A stretch of 64,000 nucleotides of DNA, from assembly GCA_963781445.1 (NCBI GenBank), contig CAWAGS010000010.1, forward strand, positions 171,995-235,994, given 5' to 3'. This stretch comes from an uncultured Actinomycetota bacterium (GTDB lineage: Bacteria > Actinomycetota > Actinomycetes > Propionibacteriales > Nocardioidaceae). Below are positions 1-8,752 of the stretch, piece by piece. Position numbers and translations under genes: made by a program. The notes beneath the pieces are model-generated. The model saw only the letters and a program-made list of their open reading frames with translations, made no database searches and was not told the DNA's origin. The first letter of the stretch is position 1. Each line of letters starts with the position of its first letter.

Positions 1-87
1 GCCGTAGAAGGTGGTGAAGACGTCGATGGCGCGCTGCGGGACCCCGGCATCGCTCATCTTCTGCTGCGCCCGGCCCAATCCACTCAC
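1..87 (-). CDS. 5' end of a CDS running off the left edge; product uncertain (possibly UDP-glucose pyrophosphorylase-type enzyme)
   Basis: The minus frame is open from the window edge up to an in-frame TAA at 97-99. It reads (V)SGLGRAQQKMSDAGVPQRAIDVFTTFYG. Candidate starts are GTG 87/93 or ATG 57. Only about 29 codons are visible, so the product guess rests on remembered N-termini of actinobacterial UDPGP-family enzymes. Confidence 0.25.
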   Translation of the reverse strand, partial: MSGLGRAQQKMSDAGVPQRAIDVFTTFYG

Positions 88-109
88 GGCCACAGGTTAT
101 CGTCGGCGC

Positions 110-733
110 GTGAGCAAGGACGCGCTGCGTGAGCAGGTCCTCAGCAGTCGCCGGGAACGCGGAGCCGAACAGCGACTCGCCGTCGCCGACGCCATCGCCG
201 CACATCTGCTCGCCAGCACGTTCGCGCGGGTTCCGCGACTCGCGTGCTATCTCTCGATGGGAACCGAGCCGGGCACCGGGCCCCTGATCACCGGACTGCT
301 CCAGCGAGGGGCGGACGTCATCGTCCCGGTCGCCAGCGAGGGTGGCCCACCCGCTCCGCCCGGCGTCGCCCCACGACTCGACTGGGTCGTCTTCGATCCG
401 GCCGCCCCGCTTCGCCCGTCACCCATCGGCATCCCCGAGCCGGACGGACCGAGGCTCGGCACCGACGCAATCCAGGGCGTCGGCCTGGTCATCGTCCCCG
501 CACTCGCGGTCGACCATGAGGGGCACCGGCTCGGTCGGGGAGCCGGCTACTACGACCGGGCGCTCACCTCGGTGCGTGCCCCGGTGTGCGCTGTGGTTCA
601 CACCGACGAGCTGCTGGAGTCGATTCCGCACGAGCCGCACGACGTCCCGGTGCAGATGGCCGTCACCGAGAGCGGGGTGTTCCGGGTGCCGGGTCAGCCC
701 GGACGCGATGCCAGGTCTGGCTTGATCCAGTAG
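110..733 (+). CDS. 5-formyltetrahydrofolate cyclo-ligase
   Basis: In-frame GTG at 110 within ORF 11..733 gives VSKDALREQV. Motifs LACYLSMGTEP and VPALAVDHEGHRLGRGAGYYDR are typical of the MTHFS family. The start is uncertain, and the 3' end overlaps the convergent NlpC/P60 gene by 40 nt. Confidence 0.8.
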   Translation: MSKDALREQVLSSRRERGAEQRLAVADAIAAHLLASTFARVPRLACYLSMGTEPGTGPLITGLLQRGADVIVPVASEGGPPAPPGVAPRLDWVVFDPAAPLRPSPIGIPEPDGPRLGTDAIQGVGLVIVPALAVDHEGHRLGRGAGYYDRALTSVRAPVCAVVHTDELLESIPHEPHDVPVQMAVTESGVFRVPGQPGRDARSGLIQ

Positions 734-1923
734 TTGAGCGAGACGATCTCGACGCTGCGGCCCGGCCGCGGAGCGTGGATCATCTTGCCGCCGCCGAGGT
801 ACATCGCGACGTGGTAGATCGATCGTGCGCTGCCCTTGCTCCAGTACACGAGGTCGCCGCGGCGGATCTGGCTGACGGGGACCTTCGTCGTCTGCGTGTA
901 CTGCGCCCCGGCGTAGTGCGGGATTCCGACGCCCGCTGCTGCCCACGCCTTCATCGTCAGGCCCGAGCAGTCCCAACGGTTGGGGCCGGCCCCACCCCAC
1001 TTGTACGGCTCGCCGAGCTGGGCCTGCGCGAACGCGATCGCCGTCTCGACCTTGTTGCCCGAAGCGGGCGGCGGATCGGCCGGGGGCGGGTCGCTCGCAG
1101 GTTTCGGCGCGGGCTTGGGCGCCGGCTTGGGAGTCGTGGGCTCCGGCGTCGTCGGCTTCGGATCGTCCGGCGTGACCGCCGGTTCGTCGGACCCGCCGGC
1201 GGGCGGCGGACCACCGATCGGGGTCGAAGGCCCGCCCTCGTCGATGCGCTGGTCGATGCGGTCCTGGCGCTTCGCAACCGTCTCGACGGTGACGCCCTGC
1301 ACGGCGGCGAGCTGTTTGATCAGTGCGTCGCGCTCTCGCTTGGTCGCGGTGGCGGCCGCCTCGGCCTCGGCGATGGACTGCTCGATGGCTGCGGCCGCCG
1401 CGCTCCGCTCCTCGACCGCCGCCCGGCGCGCCTCCTGCGCGGCGTCGGCCCGTCGCACTGCTGCATCGCGCACGACCTGCCGCGCCGTGAGGGTGTCGAC
1501 ACGAGCGTTCATCGCCTCGTTGGTGCTGGCGTAGGCGCCGGCGCGCTCGAGCAGCTGCTCGGGTCCGTCGGCCTCGAACAAGGTGGTCAGGCGGGCGGTG
1601 CCGCTGCCGGACTGCAGCTGGTCGACGGTCAGGCTTGCGACTGCGTCGCGCTGCTCGGCCAGCTGGGCCTCGGCCCGCTCGACCGCAGCGCGTTGTCGTT
1701 CGACCTCGGTCTCGGCCTGGCTGAGCTCGTACGCGGCGCCGTTGAGGCGTTCGGCGGCTGCCGCGGAGCGGGCGTACAGATCGTTGAGGTGCATCCGCGA
1801 CTCGACGAGCCGCACCTGCACTGCGCCGACGGACGCCTCGTCGGCGGTGGCCAGGGGCGTGCTCGCGACCGTGAGCAACGCACACACGGCGAGCCCACGT
1901 ATCGCGAGGGGGAAGACACGCAT
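694..1923 (-). CDS. Secreted NlpC/P60 peptidoglycan endopeptidase with N-terminal coiled-coil (RipA-like)
   Basis: ATG at 1923 gives MRVFPLAIRGLAVCALLTVASTPLATA, a signal peptide. A long Ala/Glu/Arg coiled-coil and a PT-rich linker follow. The C-terminal YKWGGAGPNRWDCSGLT...HVAMYLGGGKMIHAP is the NlpC/P60 Cys-His core. Confidence 0.9.
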   Translation of the reverse strand: MRVFPLAIRGLAVCALLTVASTPLATADEASVGAVQVRLVESRMHLNDLYARSAAAAERLNGAAYELSQAETEVERQRAAVERAEAQLAEQRDAVASLTVDQLQSGSGTARLTTLFEADGPEQLLERAGAYASTNEAMNARVDTLTARQVVRDAAVRRADAAQEARRAAVEERSAAAAAIEQSIAEAEAAATATKRERDALIKQLAAVQGVTVETVAKRQDRIDQRIDEGGPSTPIGGPPPAGGSDEPAVTPDDPKPTTPEPTTPKPAPKPAPKPASDPPPADPPPASGNKVETAIAFAQAQLGEPYKWGGAGPNRWDCSGLTMKAWAAAGVGIPHYAGAQYTQTTKVPVSQIRRGDLVYWSKGSARSIYHVAMYLGGGKMIHAPRPGRSVEIVSLNYWIKPDLASRPG

Positions 1924-2024
1924 GGCGTCCAACGTAGGTCGTTTCGCCCCACACGTATCAGAAATCCCAGAAAAACCATCCGCCACTTGCGTGTCGTTAC
2001 GTTCCACATGCCGTGATGGATGGT

Positions 2025-2042
2025 AATGACACGCGTGTCATT
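2025..2042. promoter_or_regulatory. Perfect 18-bp palindrome AATGACACGCGTGTCATT in the 133-nt leader of the NlpC/P60 gene (candidate operator or hairpin)
   Basis: Read directly from the sequence. It lies between the acylase stop (2057) and the NlpC/P60 start (1923), in a visibly lower-GC stretch containing TTTTTCTGGGATTTCTGATA on the minus strand. Confidence 0.4.
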
Positions 2043-2056
2043 CGACCACCGGCGAG

Positions 2057-4558
2057 CTATCGCCCGCTCGTCGGCCGCAGAATCAGGGTGTCTGCGGTGG
2101 CGCGATCGACAGCGGCCTCATCGAAGACCCACGGCAGGGTGCGCCCCTTCGCCCACAACGGAAGCTGGTCGTCGTAGTTCTCGTGATAGGCGTGACCGGA
2201 GTTTCCGGACAGCTGGATCCAGCGTGACCGGTCGAGGTCCTCAAGATCGACCACCATGCGCATCGACGGCACGGCCGTGACCTCATAGCCCTCGCTCGCG
2301 TCCCAGGCCGTGGCGTCGACGAGCCCGCCGCCGCCGGCGACCTCGACCGGCCCACGGTTGAACAGCCCGTCGATGAGACCGACGCCGGAGTCGCCGAGCG
2401 TGGGGTTGACGAGGGTCAGCCGGTGCATCCGACCCCACGACCAGCCGGAGGTGTCGCGCGACCGGAGGCGGGTCAGCTCGTCGCGGGCGTTGGTCATGGC
2501 TTCGCGGAGGATGTCGTCGCGCCGCTCGATCACGGTGGGCGTCGCCAGGTTGTCCCACCAGTGACTCTTCGGTTGGTCGATGATCGTGCGGACGACGTTG
2601 AACCAGCGCTCGCCCCCGTCCGGCCACTGGTCGCGGGGAAGCTCGTCGTGGAACGTCAGCTCGAGCAGGTTGCGCCACACCACGGCGAAGTACGCTGCCG
2701 CAGCCGACTCACTGCTCTGGCGCAGGTCCCAGCCGCGCAACGTGTCCTGCCCCTGCTGGGCGAACTTCAGGAACAGGTCGACGTCGAGCAGGAAGGGCCG
2801 CAGCTGCTCGGCGTTCGCGTTGCGCGTGTCCATCTGGAAGCGGGTCATGTCGCGCACCGAGTGCTGGTCCGCGGACGTCAGCAGCTCTCGGATGCGTTCG
2901 GAGCGATAGCCGGCCGCGTGGTCCGCGCCGATCAGCCGGGAGTACGAGTCGTCGATGACCTGGTTGTTCGCGGTCACGATGAAGCCCTCGTCGGGGTTGA
3001 GCACCGACGGCAGCTGCTTGAACGGAATCGTGCCCGTCCACTCGTGCTCGCCGTCCCAGCCGGCCACCGGCCACCGGCCGTCGCCCCTGCTGCGCACCGG
3101 GATCGCGCCGGGCGCCTGGTACCCGATGTTGCCGTCGACGTCGGCGTAGACCAGGTTCTGCGACGGCACGGTGAACAACGTGGCTGCGGCGCGGAACTCG
3201 TTCCAGTTCTTGGCGCGGTCGAGCGCGAAGACGGCGGAGATGGTCGGGCGCGGCGTGAGGGCGTTCCACTGCAGCGCCACCTCGTGACTGACCGACGAAA
3301 TGCCTCGGGACGTCCCGCTGCCGACCTCGGCCAGCTCGTCGTCGATGTCGGACAGGATCGGACCGTGCCGGGTGGATCGGACGGTGATGGTGCGGGACTC
3401 GCCGCCGGCGACCTCGATCTTCTCGCGACGCTTGGTGACCGGCAGCTGCTTGCCCCGGAACTCGTAGGTGTCGCCCGTGACCCGTTCGAAGTAGAGGTCG
3501 GTGACGTCGGCGTACATCGTGGTGACGCCCCAGGCAATGCGTCGGTTGTGTCCGATGACGACGCCCGGCATGCCGGTGAAGGAGAAGCCCGACACGTCGT
3601 AGGGGCAGGCTTCGGTGAGCTCGCGACAGTGCAGCCCGACCTGGTACCAGATGCCGGGCATCGACGGAGCGAGATGCGGGTCATTGGCGAGGATCGGTTT
3701 TCCGGTGGTCGAGTGCTTGCCGTCGACGACCCAGGAGTTGGAGCCGATGCCGTCCCCGGTGCCCAGCAGGGCGGGTAGTGCCTCGGCCGCGTCGCGGGCC
3801 GTGCCGAGGGCCTGGATGACGCTTTGGTCGAGGCCGGGCGGCGGACCGGACGCGACCGTGTCGTTGCTGCCGCCGCGCTGCGAGCCGACGATCGGGCGAT
3901 GGCTCTTCGGTGGGTCCGGGTAGAGCTCCTCGACCTGAGCCACCGTCATCTGGCGCGATGCCAGCGTGCGATCGATCTCGTCCGTCATGTTGCTGCGCAG
4001 GTCCCACGCCATCGCCTTGACCCAGGCGACGGAGTCCACCGGCGTCCACGGATCGGGGCGGTACGTCGGCCCGGTGAGTCCCAGGACCGCGTACTCCAGA
4101 GACAGCTCCGAGCCCGACTTGCCGTCGATGTAGGCGTTGACGCCGCGCGAGTACGCCTGGAGCAGGGCCCTGGTGTCTCCGTCGACCTGGGCGTACTCCC
4201 GCTCGGCCACTCGGCGCCAGCCGAGTGTCCGAACGAACGTGTCGGTCTCGACCCCGCCCTCACCGACCAGCTCGGACAATCGCCCGGCGGTCACGTGGCG
4301 GCGGAAATCCATCTCGTAGAAGCGGTCCTGCGCCTGGACGTAACCCTGCGCGAAGAAGAGATCCTGGGGGTCGTCGGCGTAGATCTGGGGGATCCCGTGG
4401 CCGTCGCGCTTGACCTCGACGGTCCCGGTGAGCGCGTCGAGCCGAACCACGCCGGTCGTGTCGGGGAACGACTTGCGCACCGTGACGAACGCGACGATGG
4501 AGAGTCCGACCAGCACGGCGGCGACCACAGCTGCCAGGACCACCACGATGCGACGCAC
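2057..4558 (-). CDS. Penicillin acylase (S45 Ntn-hydrolase) family protein, N-terminal membrane anchor
   Basis: GTG at 4558 gives VRRIVVVLAAVVAAVLVGLSIVAF. GSNSWVVDGKHSTTGKPILANDPHL holds the beta-subunit N-terminal Ser nucleophile motif. The 934-aa ORF extension upstream overlaps the next gene and is Arg/Pro/Ser-rich, so it is treated as an artefact. Confidence 0.9.
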   Translation of the reverse strand: MRRIVVVLAAVVAAVLVGLSIVAFVTVRKSFPDTTGVVRLDALTGTVEVKRDGHGIPQIYADDPQDLFFAQGYVQAQDRFYEMDFRRHVTAGRLSELVGEGGVETDTFVRTLGWRRVAEREYAQVDGDTRALLQAYSRGVNAYIDGKSGSELSLEYAVLGLTGPTYRPDPWTPVDSVAWVKAMAWDLRSNMTDEIDRTLASRQMTVAQVEELYPDPPKSHRPIVGSQRGGSNDTVASGPPPGLDQSVIQALGTARDAAEALPALLGTGDGIGSNSWVVDGKHSTTGKPILANDPHLAPSMPGIWYQVGLHCRELTEACPYDVSGFSFTGMPGVVIGHNRRIAWGVTTMYADVTDLYFERVTGDTYEFRGKQLPVTKRREKIEVAGGESRTITVRSTRHGPILSDIDDELAEVGSGTSRGISSVSHEVALQWNALTPRPTISAVFALDRAKNWNEFRAAATLFTVPSQNLVYADVDGNIGYQAPGAIPVRSRGDGRWPVAGWDGEHEWTGTIPFKQLPSVLNPDEGFIVTANNQVIDDSYSRLIGADHAAGYRSERIRELLTSADQHSVRDMTRFQMDTRNANAEQLRPFLLDVDLFLKFAQQGQDTLRGWDLRQSSESAAAAYFAVVWRNLLELTFHDELPRDQWPDGGERWFNVVRTIIDQPKSHWWDNLATPTVIERRDDILREAMTNARDELTRLRSRDTSGWSWGRMHRLTLVNPTLGDSGVGLIDGLFNRGPVEVAGGGGLVDATAWDASEGYEVTAVPSMRMVVDLEDLDRSRWIQLSGNSGHAYHENYDDQLPLWAKGRTLPWVFDEAAVDRATADTLILRPTSGR

Positions 4559-4586
4559 TCGGCCATTCTGCACGGGCCGAGTACAC

Positions 4587-5624
4587 CTACGTCTGCTCGG
4601 CCTCGCGGATCTCGCCGACCAGCTCCTCCAGCACGTCCTCGAGCATGATGACGCCGAGCACGGAACCGTCCTCGTCGGCGACCCGGGCCATGTGGGAGCC
4701 GCGTGACTGCATCGTTCGCAAGGCGTCGTAGAGGCCGGAACCGGTGATGACCGTGGCGAGCGGGCGCACCCACTTGTCGGCGACCGGTGTCGACCGGGCC
4801 CGCTCGTCGGTCTCGAGGACGTCCTTGATGTGCAGGTAGCCGGTGAGGTCGCCGGAGGCATCGGCGACCGGGAAGCGGGAGAAGCCAGTGACGGTGCACG
4901 CCCGTTCGACGTCGACCGGGGTGGAGCTCGGCCTGATCGTGACGAGACCGTCGATCGGCATCAGCACCTGGTCGATCTTGCCTTCGTGGAACTCCAGGGC
5001 ACCCGACACCAGTCCGTACTCATCCTCATCCAACAAGCCTTCTCGTCGGGACTCCTCCACCAGCCCCGCCACTTCGTCGTGGGTGAAGGTCGAGCTGACC
5101 TCATCCTTCGGCTCGATGCCGAGGAGCCGCACCGCAAGGTTGGCGGTGCTGTTGAGCACGACGACGAATGGGCGAAGCACCGCGATGACGGCCAACATGA
5201 AGGGGCCAAGAATGAGGGCGGCCCGGTCCGGCCCGACGAGAGCCAGGTTCTTCGGCACCATCTCACCGAGCACGACGTGCGCAAAGACGACGATCGTCAT
5301 GGCGACGAAGAACGAGATCGAGTGCACCAGCCTTTCGGGCACGGCGAAGGCTTCGAACAACGGTTCCAGCAGGTGCGCGACAGCAGGCTCGCCGACCGCA
5401 CCGAGCCCGAGCGAACAGATCGTGATGCCGAGCTGCGCGGCGGCCATTCCCAGACTGACGTTCTCGACGGCGCGGAGGGCGAGACGAGCGGTGCGCGACC
5501 CGGCCTGGGCAGCAGGCTCCAGCTGGGTGCGCCGGGCGGAGATCAGCGCGAACTCCGCGGCCACGAACAGGGCGTTGAGCATCAACAGCACGAGCGCGAT
5601 GACGATGGCCCAGCCCGCGCTCAT
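4587..5624 (-). CDS. DUF21/CBS-pair hemolysin-family (CNNM/CorC-like) membrane protein
   Basis: N-terminus MSAGWAIVIALVLLMLNALFVAAEFALISARRTQLE is the DUF21 signature. CBS-pair-like region follows. The start overlaps the upstream paralog's stop by 4 nt (5621-5624). Confidence 0.85.
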   Translation of the reverse strand: MSAGWAIVIALVLLMLNALFVAAEFALISARRTQLEPAAQAGSRTARLALRAVENVSLGMAAAQLGITICSLGLGAVGEPAVAHLLEPLFEAFAVPERLVHSISFFVAMTIVVFAHVVLGEMVPKNLALVGPDRAALILGPFMLAVIAVLRPFVVVLNSTANLAVRLLGIEPKDEVSSTFTHDEVAGLVEESRREGLLDEDEYGLVSGALEFHEGKIDQVLMPIDGLVTIRPSSTPVDVERACTVTGFSRFPVADASGDLTGYLHIKDVLETDERARSTPVADKWVRPLATVITGSGLYDALRTMQSRGSHMARVADEDGSVLGVIMLEDVLEELVGEIREAEQT

Positions 5625-6985
5625 GACTCGCCCTCCCGCGACGCGCTTTCGTCCACGGTCAGGACGACCCGGTCGATGCGCCGACCTTCCATGCGCTCGA
5701 CGGCGAGCCGGACCACCTGCGGTGGAGGATCATCGTCGTCGCCCTCGTGGGTGCGATCGAGACGGAGCGTGATGGAGTCGCCGCGCTCGGCGAGGCGACC
5801 GAGCGTGGCGTTGACCAAGCCGGCGATGGTCTCGTAGTCGTCGCTCTCCGGCAGCGAGACGCCGGTCTGCTCCTCGACCTCGTCGGGGCGCAACAGGCCC
5901 GACAGCGACCAGGTGCCGTCGCCGCGGTGGCGGCTGCGCGAGGAGAGCCGATCGTGCTCGTCGGCGATGTCGCCGACGATCTCCTCGACGAGATCCTCCA
6001 GGGTGACGACGCCGTCGGTCCCGCCGTACTCATCGACGACGATGGCCATCTGCATGCCCTGGTCGCGAAGCAACGTCAGGAGCGGATCGAGCTCCAGGCT
6101 GTCCGGGACGGTGGTTGCCGGATCGGCGATCTCGCTGAGCCGCACCAGCCGACGGCGCTCCGGCTCGATGCTCACGGCCTGCTTGACGTGCACGATGCCG
6201 ATGACGTCGTCGGGGTTGCGGCCGATGACGGGGAACCGCGAGTGCCCGGTCCGGCGGGTCGCGTCGATGACGTCTTCGACGGTGTCGCGTCCCTCGAGGA
6301 AGTGCACGTGCACGCGGGGGGTCCGAACGTCGGCAGCGGTGCGGCCGCCGAACGCGATGCTGCGGGCCACGAGCTCGGCCGTCTCGTCGTCGATGGCGCC
6401 CTTCGCCGCCGACCGGAGGACCAGCGAGCGCAGCTCGACCGGCGAGCGGGCCGATCGCAGCTCCTCCTGTGGCTCGACGCCGATCGATCGGAGGATGGCG
6501 TTGGCCAGGCCGTTGAGGCCCCGGATGGGCCATCCCATCGCCTTGGTGAACATGCGCTGTGGGAGCTGAGTCGCCGCAGCGGTCGCCTGGGGAAGGGCGA
6601 GGGCGATGTTCTTCGGGATCAGCTCGCCGATGAGCATGGTGACTACGGTGCTGCCGATGAGGGCGATCGCGTAGGCCGTGGCCCGTGCCGAGCCGGACCC
6701 GAGCCCGAGGTCACCGAGCGGGCCCCGGAGCAACGTCCCCACCGCCGGTTCGGCCAGGAATCCGATGCTCAGGTTCGTGATGGTGATGCCGAGCTGTGCG
6801 CCGCTGAGCTGCGTGGACAGTGACCGCAACGCCTTGAGGGTGCCGACGGCACTGGTGTTGCCGGCCGCGGCGTCACGTTCGATGGTGGCGCGGTCGACCG
6901 TGACGAAGGAGAACTCGGCCGCGACGAAGACCCCGCAGGTCACCATGAGTAAGAGGGAGAGAGCGAGGAGCAACCACTCGGTCAT
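5621..6985 (-). CDS. DUF21/CBS-pair/CorC_HlyC hemolysin-family membrane protein
   Basis: MTEWLLLALSLLLMVTCGVFVAAEFSFVTVDR is the DUF21 signature. It also has a CBS pair and a C-terminal transporter-associated domain. It is a tandem paralog of 4587..5624. Confidence 0.9.
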   Translation of the reverse strand: MTEWLLLALSLLLMVTCGVFVAAEFSFVTVDRATIERDAAAGNTSAVGTLKALRSLSTQLSGAQLGITITNLSIGFLAEPAVGTLLRGPLGDLGLGSGSARATAYAIALIGSTVVTMLIGELIPKNIALALPQATAAATQLPQRMFTKAMGWPIRGLNGLANAILRSIGVEPQEELRSARSPVELRSLVLRSAAKGAIDDETAELVARSIAFGGRTAADVRTPRVHVHFLEGRDTVEDVIDATRRTGHSRFPVIGRNPDDVIGIVHVKQAVSIEPERRRLVRLSEIADPATTVPDSLELDPLLTLLRDQGMQMAIVVDEYGGTDGVVTLEDLVEEIVGDIADEHDRLSSRSRHRGDGTWSLSGLLRPDEVEEQTGVSLPESDDYETIAGLVNATLGRLAERGDSITLRLDRTHEGDDDDPPPQVVRLAVERMEGRRIDRVVLTVDESASREGES

Positions 6986-7034
6986 GAGGCTGGAGTCATG
7001 AGGCTGGAGTCATGAGGCTGAAGTCATGAGCTGG
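6981..7034. repeat. 14-bp tandem repeat (gtcatgaggctgga) x about 3.8 abutting the start codon at 6985
   Basis: Copies at 6981-6994, 6995-7008, 7009-7022 (1 mismatch) and a partial copy at 7023-7034. Each copy carries CAT (ATG on the minus strand). Confidence 0.9.
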
Positions 7035-7110
7035 TCCGGCAGGGACGGCGTCGATCACGATGCGGGCAACTGTACCCTTGCATCGCCAACGAGAACGAGC
7101 GGAGTACGTC

Positions 7111-7425
7111 GTGCCCACCTACCAGTACCTGTGCACCGAGTGCGGAGAAGCACTCGAGGCCCAGCAGTCGTTCTCCGACGACGCCTTGACGGTGTGCCCG
7201 GTCTGCTCGGGTCGCTTGCGCAAGGTCTTCAACGCGGTCGGCGTCGTGTTCAAGGGTTCCGGCTTCTACCGCAACGACAGCCGCTCGACGACGACGACGT
7301 CGGAGCCGGCCGCCTCCTCCGACCCCAAGCCCACCAAGGAGTCCACGGACGCGAAGCCGGCCGCCTCCGAGGGCACCAAGCCGGCGAGCACCGGGTCGTC
7401 GACGACGGCCACCGGCGCCGCCTGA
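7111..7425 (+). CDS. FmdB-family zinc-ribbon protein
   Basis: GTG at 7111 is preceded by GGAG at 7101-7104. VPTYQYLCTECGEALEAQQSFSDDALTVCPVCSGRLRKVF has the CxxC...CxxC zinc ribbon, followed by a Ser/Thr-rich tail. Confidence 0.8.
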   Translation: MPTYQYLCTECGEALEAQQSFSDDALTVCPVCSGRLRKVFNAVGVVFKGSGFYRNDSRSTTTTSEPAASSDPKPTKESTDAKPAASEGTKPASTGSSTTATGAA

Positions 7426-7481
7426 CGGTGCCTGTGGACGCCCGCCCGCGTCCGGTGACCGCCCCGACCTAGCCTCCGGGC

Positions 7482-8078
7482 GTGGAGAAGATCTCGCGCC
7501 TCGTCCTTCGGCATCGCCGTCCGCTCGCCGCGCTCTGCGCCGGTCTCGCCGTGCTGCTCGGCCTGGGCGCGGTCCGCGCCGAGCCACCCGGGCGCTCCGT
7601 GGTGACCGCCGCCCACGACCTGCCCAGTGGCACCGCGCTGACACGCGACGACCTCCGGCTGGTGCGACTGCCGGAGTCTGCCGTTCCCGGCCACAGCACC
7701 ACTCGCATCGACGACGTCGCCGGACGCACCGTGGCCGGGCCGATGCGGGCCGGTGAGGTGGTCACCGACCGACGAGTGGTCGACACCGACCGGATGAGCG
7801 GCTTTCCCCACGGGTCGGTGCTCGCGACCATCCGGCTCGCCGACGCCGAGGCGTTGACGAACCTGCGCGTCGGCGACCTCGTGAACGTCCTGGCCGTCGA
7901 CCCGGACAGCGCGCAGGCCGAGGTCGTGGCGAGGGCGGCGGAGATCGTCACGCTCCCCTCGACCCGCGGCGACTCCGGCGGGGTGGCGCTCGGCGTGGCC
8001 ACCGACGAGCGGACGGCCCTCACGCTCGCAGAGCGGGCGCTCGACGCGAGACTCACGGTGCTGGCCTCGCGACGCTAG
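7482..8078 (+). CDS. SAF-domain protein (CpaB/RcpC-like), N-terminal TM
   Basis: N-terminal hydrophobic segment LAALCAGLAVLLGLGAV, then LPSGTALTRDDLRLVRLP, which is SAF-like. The FmdB-SAF-mscL order is, as I recall, a conserved actinobacterial arrangement. Confidence 0.6.
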   Translation: MEKISRLVLRHRRPLAALCAGLAVLLGLGAVRAEPPGRSVVTAAHDLPSGTALTRDDLRLVRLPESAVPGHSTTRIDDVAGRTVAGPMRAGEVVTDRRVVDTDRMSGFPHGSVLATIRLADAEALTNLRVGDLVNVLAVDPDSAQAEVVARAAEIVTLPSTRGDSGGVALGVATDERTALTLAERALDARLTVLASRR

Positions 8079-8139
8079 GACCTGCGCCTGGCCGATCGAT
8101 ACAGTCGCCACGGATCTGTCCGACCTACCAGGGAGCACC

Positions 8140-8529
8140 ATGATCAAAGGATTCAAGGACTTCATCATGCGCGGGAACGTGGTCGACCTCGCGGTCGGCA
8201 TCGCCATCGGCGTCGCGTTCACCACGCTCGTCGGCGCGTTCGGCACCTACTTCGTCAACCCGATCGTTGCGGTCGCCGGTGGCGACAAGGCCGAGGGCTT
8301 CGGCTTCTCCATCACCGACAGCAGCGCGACGTTCGTGAACATCGGCGGGCTCATCAATGCGCTGATCGTCTTCGCCGTGACGATGGCTGTCATCTACTTC
8401 GTCGTGGTCGTCCCGATGCAGAAGATGATGGCGCTGCGCAAGGGAGAGGCGGGTCAGCCCGAAGCCCCGCCGGAGGAGATCGAGCTGCTCCGCGAGATCC
8501 GCGACGCCCTGCAGCGCCGGCCGCTCTGA
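8140..8529 (+). CDS. mscL: Large-conductance mechanosensitive channel
   Basis: MIKGFKDFIMRGNVVDLAVGIAIGVAFTTLV is the canonical MscL N-terminus. Length is 129 aa, with an AGGGAG-like RBS upstream. Confidence 0.95.
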   Translation: MIKGFKDFIMRGNVVDLAVGIAIGVAFTTLVGAFGTYFVNPIVAVAGGDKAEGFGFSITDSSATFVNIGGLINALIVFAVTMAVIYFVVVVPMQKMMALRKGEAGQPEAPPEEIELLREIRDALQRRPL

Positions 8530-8563
8530 GACGACTCTGGACCTGAAGGGTCCTGACTCGGTG

Positions 8564-8752
8564 TCAGCCGTGGTGGGGCGGCACGTCGCGACGGATCTCG
8601 TCGTCGCGGCTGTCGCCCCCCGCTTCGCTCCAGCCCTCGTCCGAGTCGTCGGCCGAGGCTTCCGGCAGCAGATCGCCGAGGAGCCGCTCGGCGCGCCGGC
8701 GGCGAGCCTTCTCCGCGGCCGTCGGTTCGACGGGCTCGGCGTCAGAGGACAC
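8564..8752 (-). CDS. Small acidic hypothetical protein (62 aa)
   Basis: GTG at 8752 overlaps the stop of the upstream epimerase gene by 11 nt. The protein ends DDSDEGWSEAGGDSRDDEIRRDVPPHHG, which resembles small conserved actinobacterial proteins ending in PPHH. This is weak evidence. Confidence 0.35.
   Translation of the reverse strand: MSSDAEPVEPTAAEKARRRRAERLLGDLLPEASADDSDEGWSEAGGDSRDDEIRRDVPPHHG

Noticed and set aside
694-733. 40-nt convergent overlap between the cyclo-ligase and NlpC/P60 3' ends; similar 11-13 nt overlaps occur at 29202-29214 and 41092-41102.
   Set aside because: Convergent 3' overlaps are common in compact high-GC genomes and need no special explanation. They may also mean the true stop of one partner is as annotated but its terminal residues are non-conserved.
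1924-2056. Possible c-di-AMP (ydaO-type) riboswitch upstream of the NlpC/P60 hydrolase, as is common in Actinobacteria.
   Set aside because: I could not find the conserved ydaO core strings (GGGGA.CCA, CCGAA-type boxes, pseudo-twofold layout) by eye. Only the palindrome is reported. An Infernal scan would settle it.
4559-4861. N-terminal 101-codon extension of the penicillin acylase ORF.
   Set aside because: It overlaps the 3' end of the DUF21/CBS gene and is Pro/Ser/Arg/Thr-rich. A GTG at 4558 gives a proper signal-anchor.
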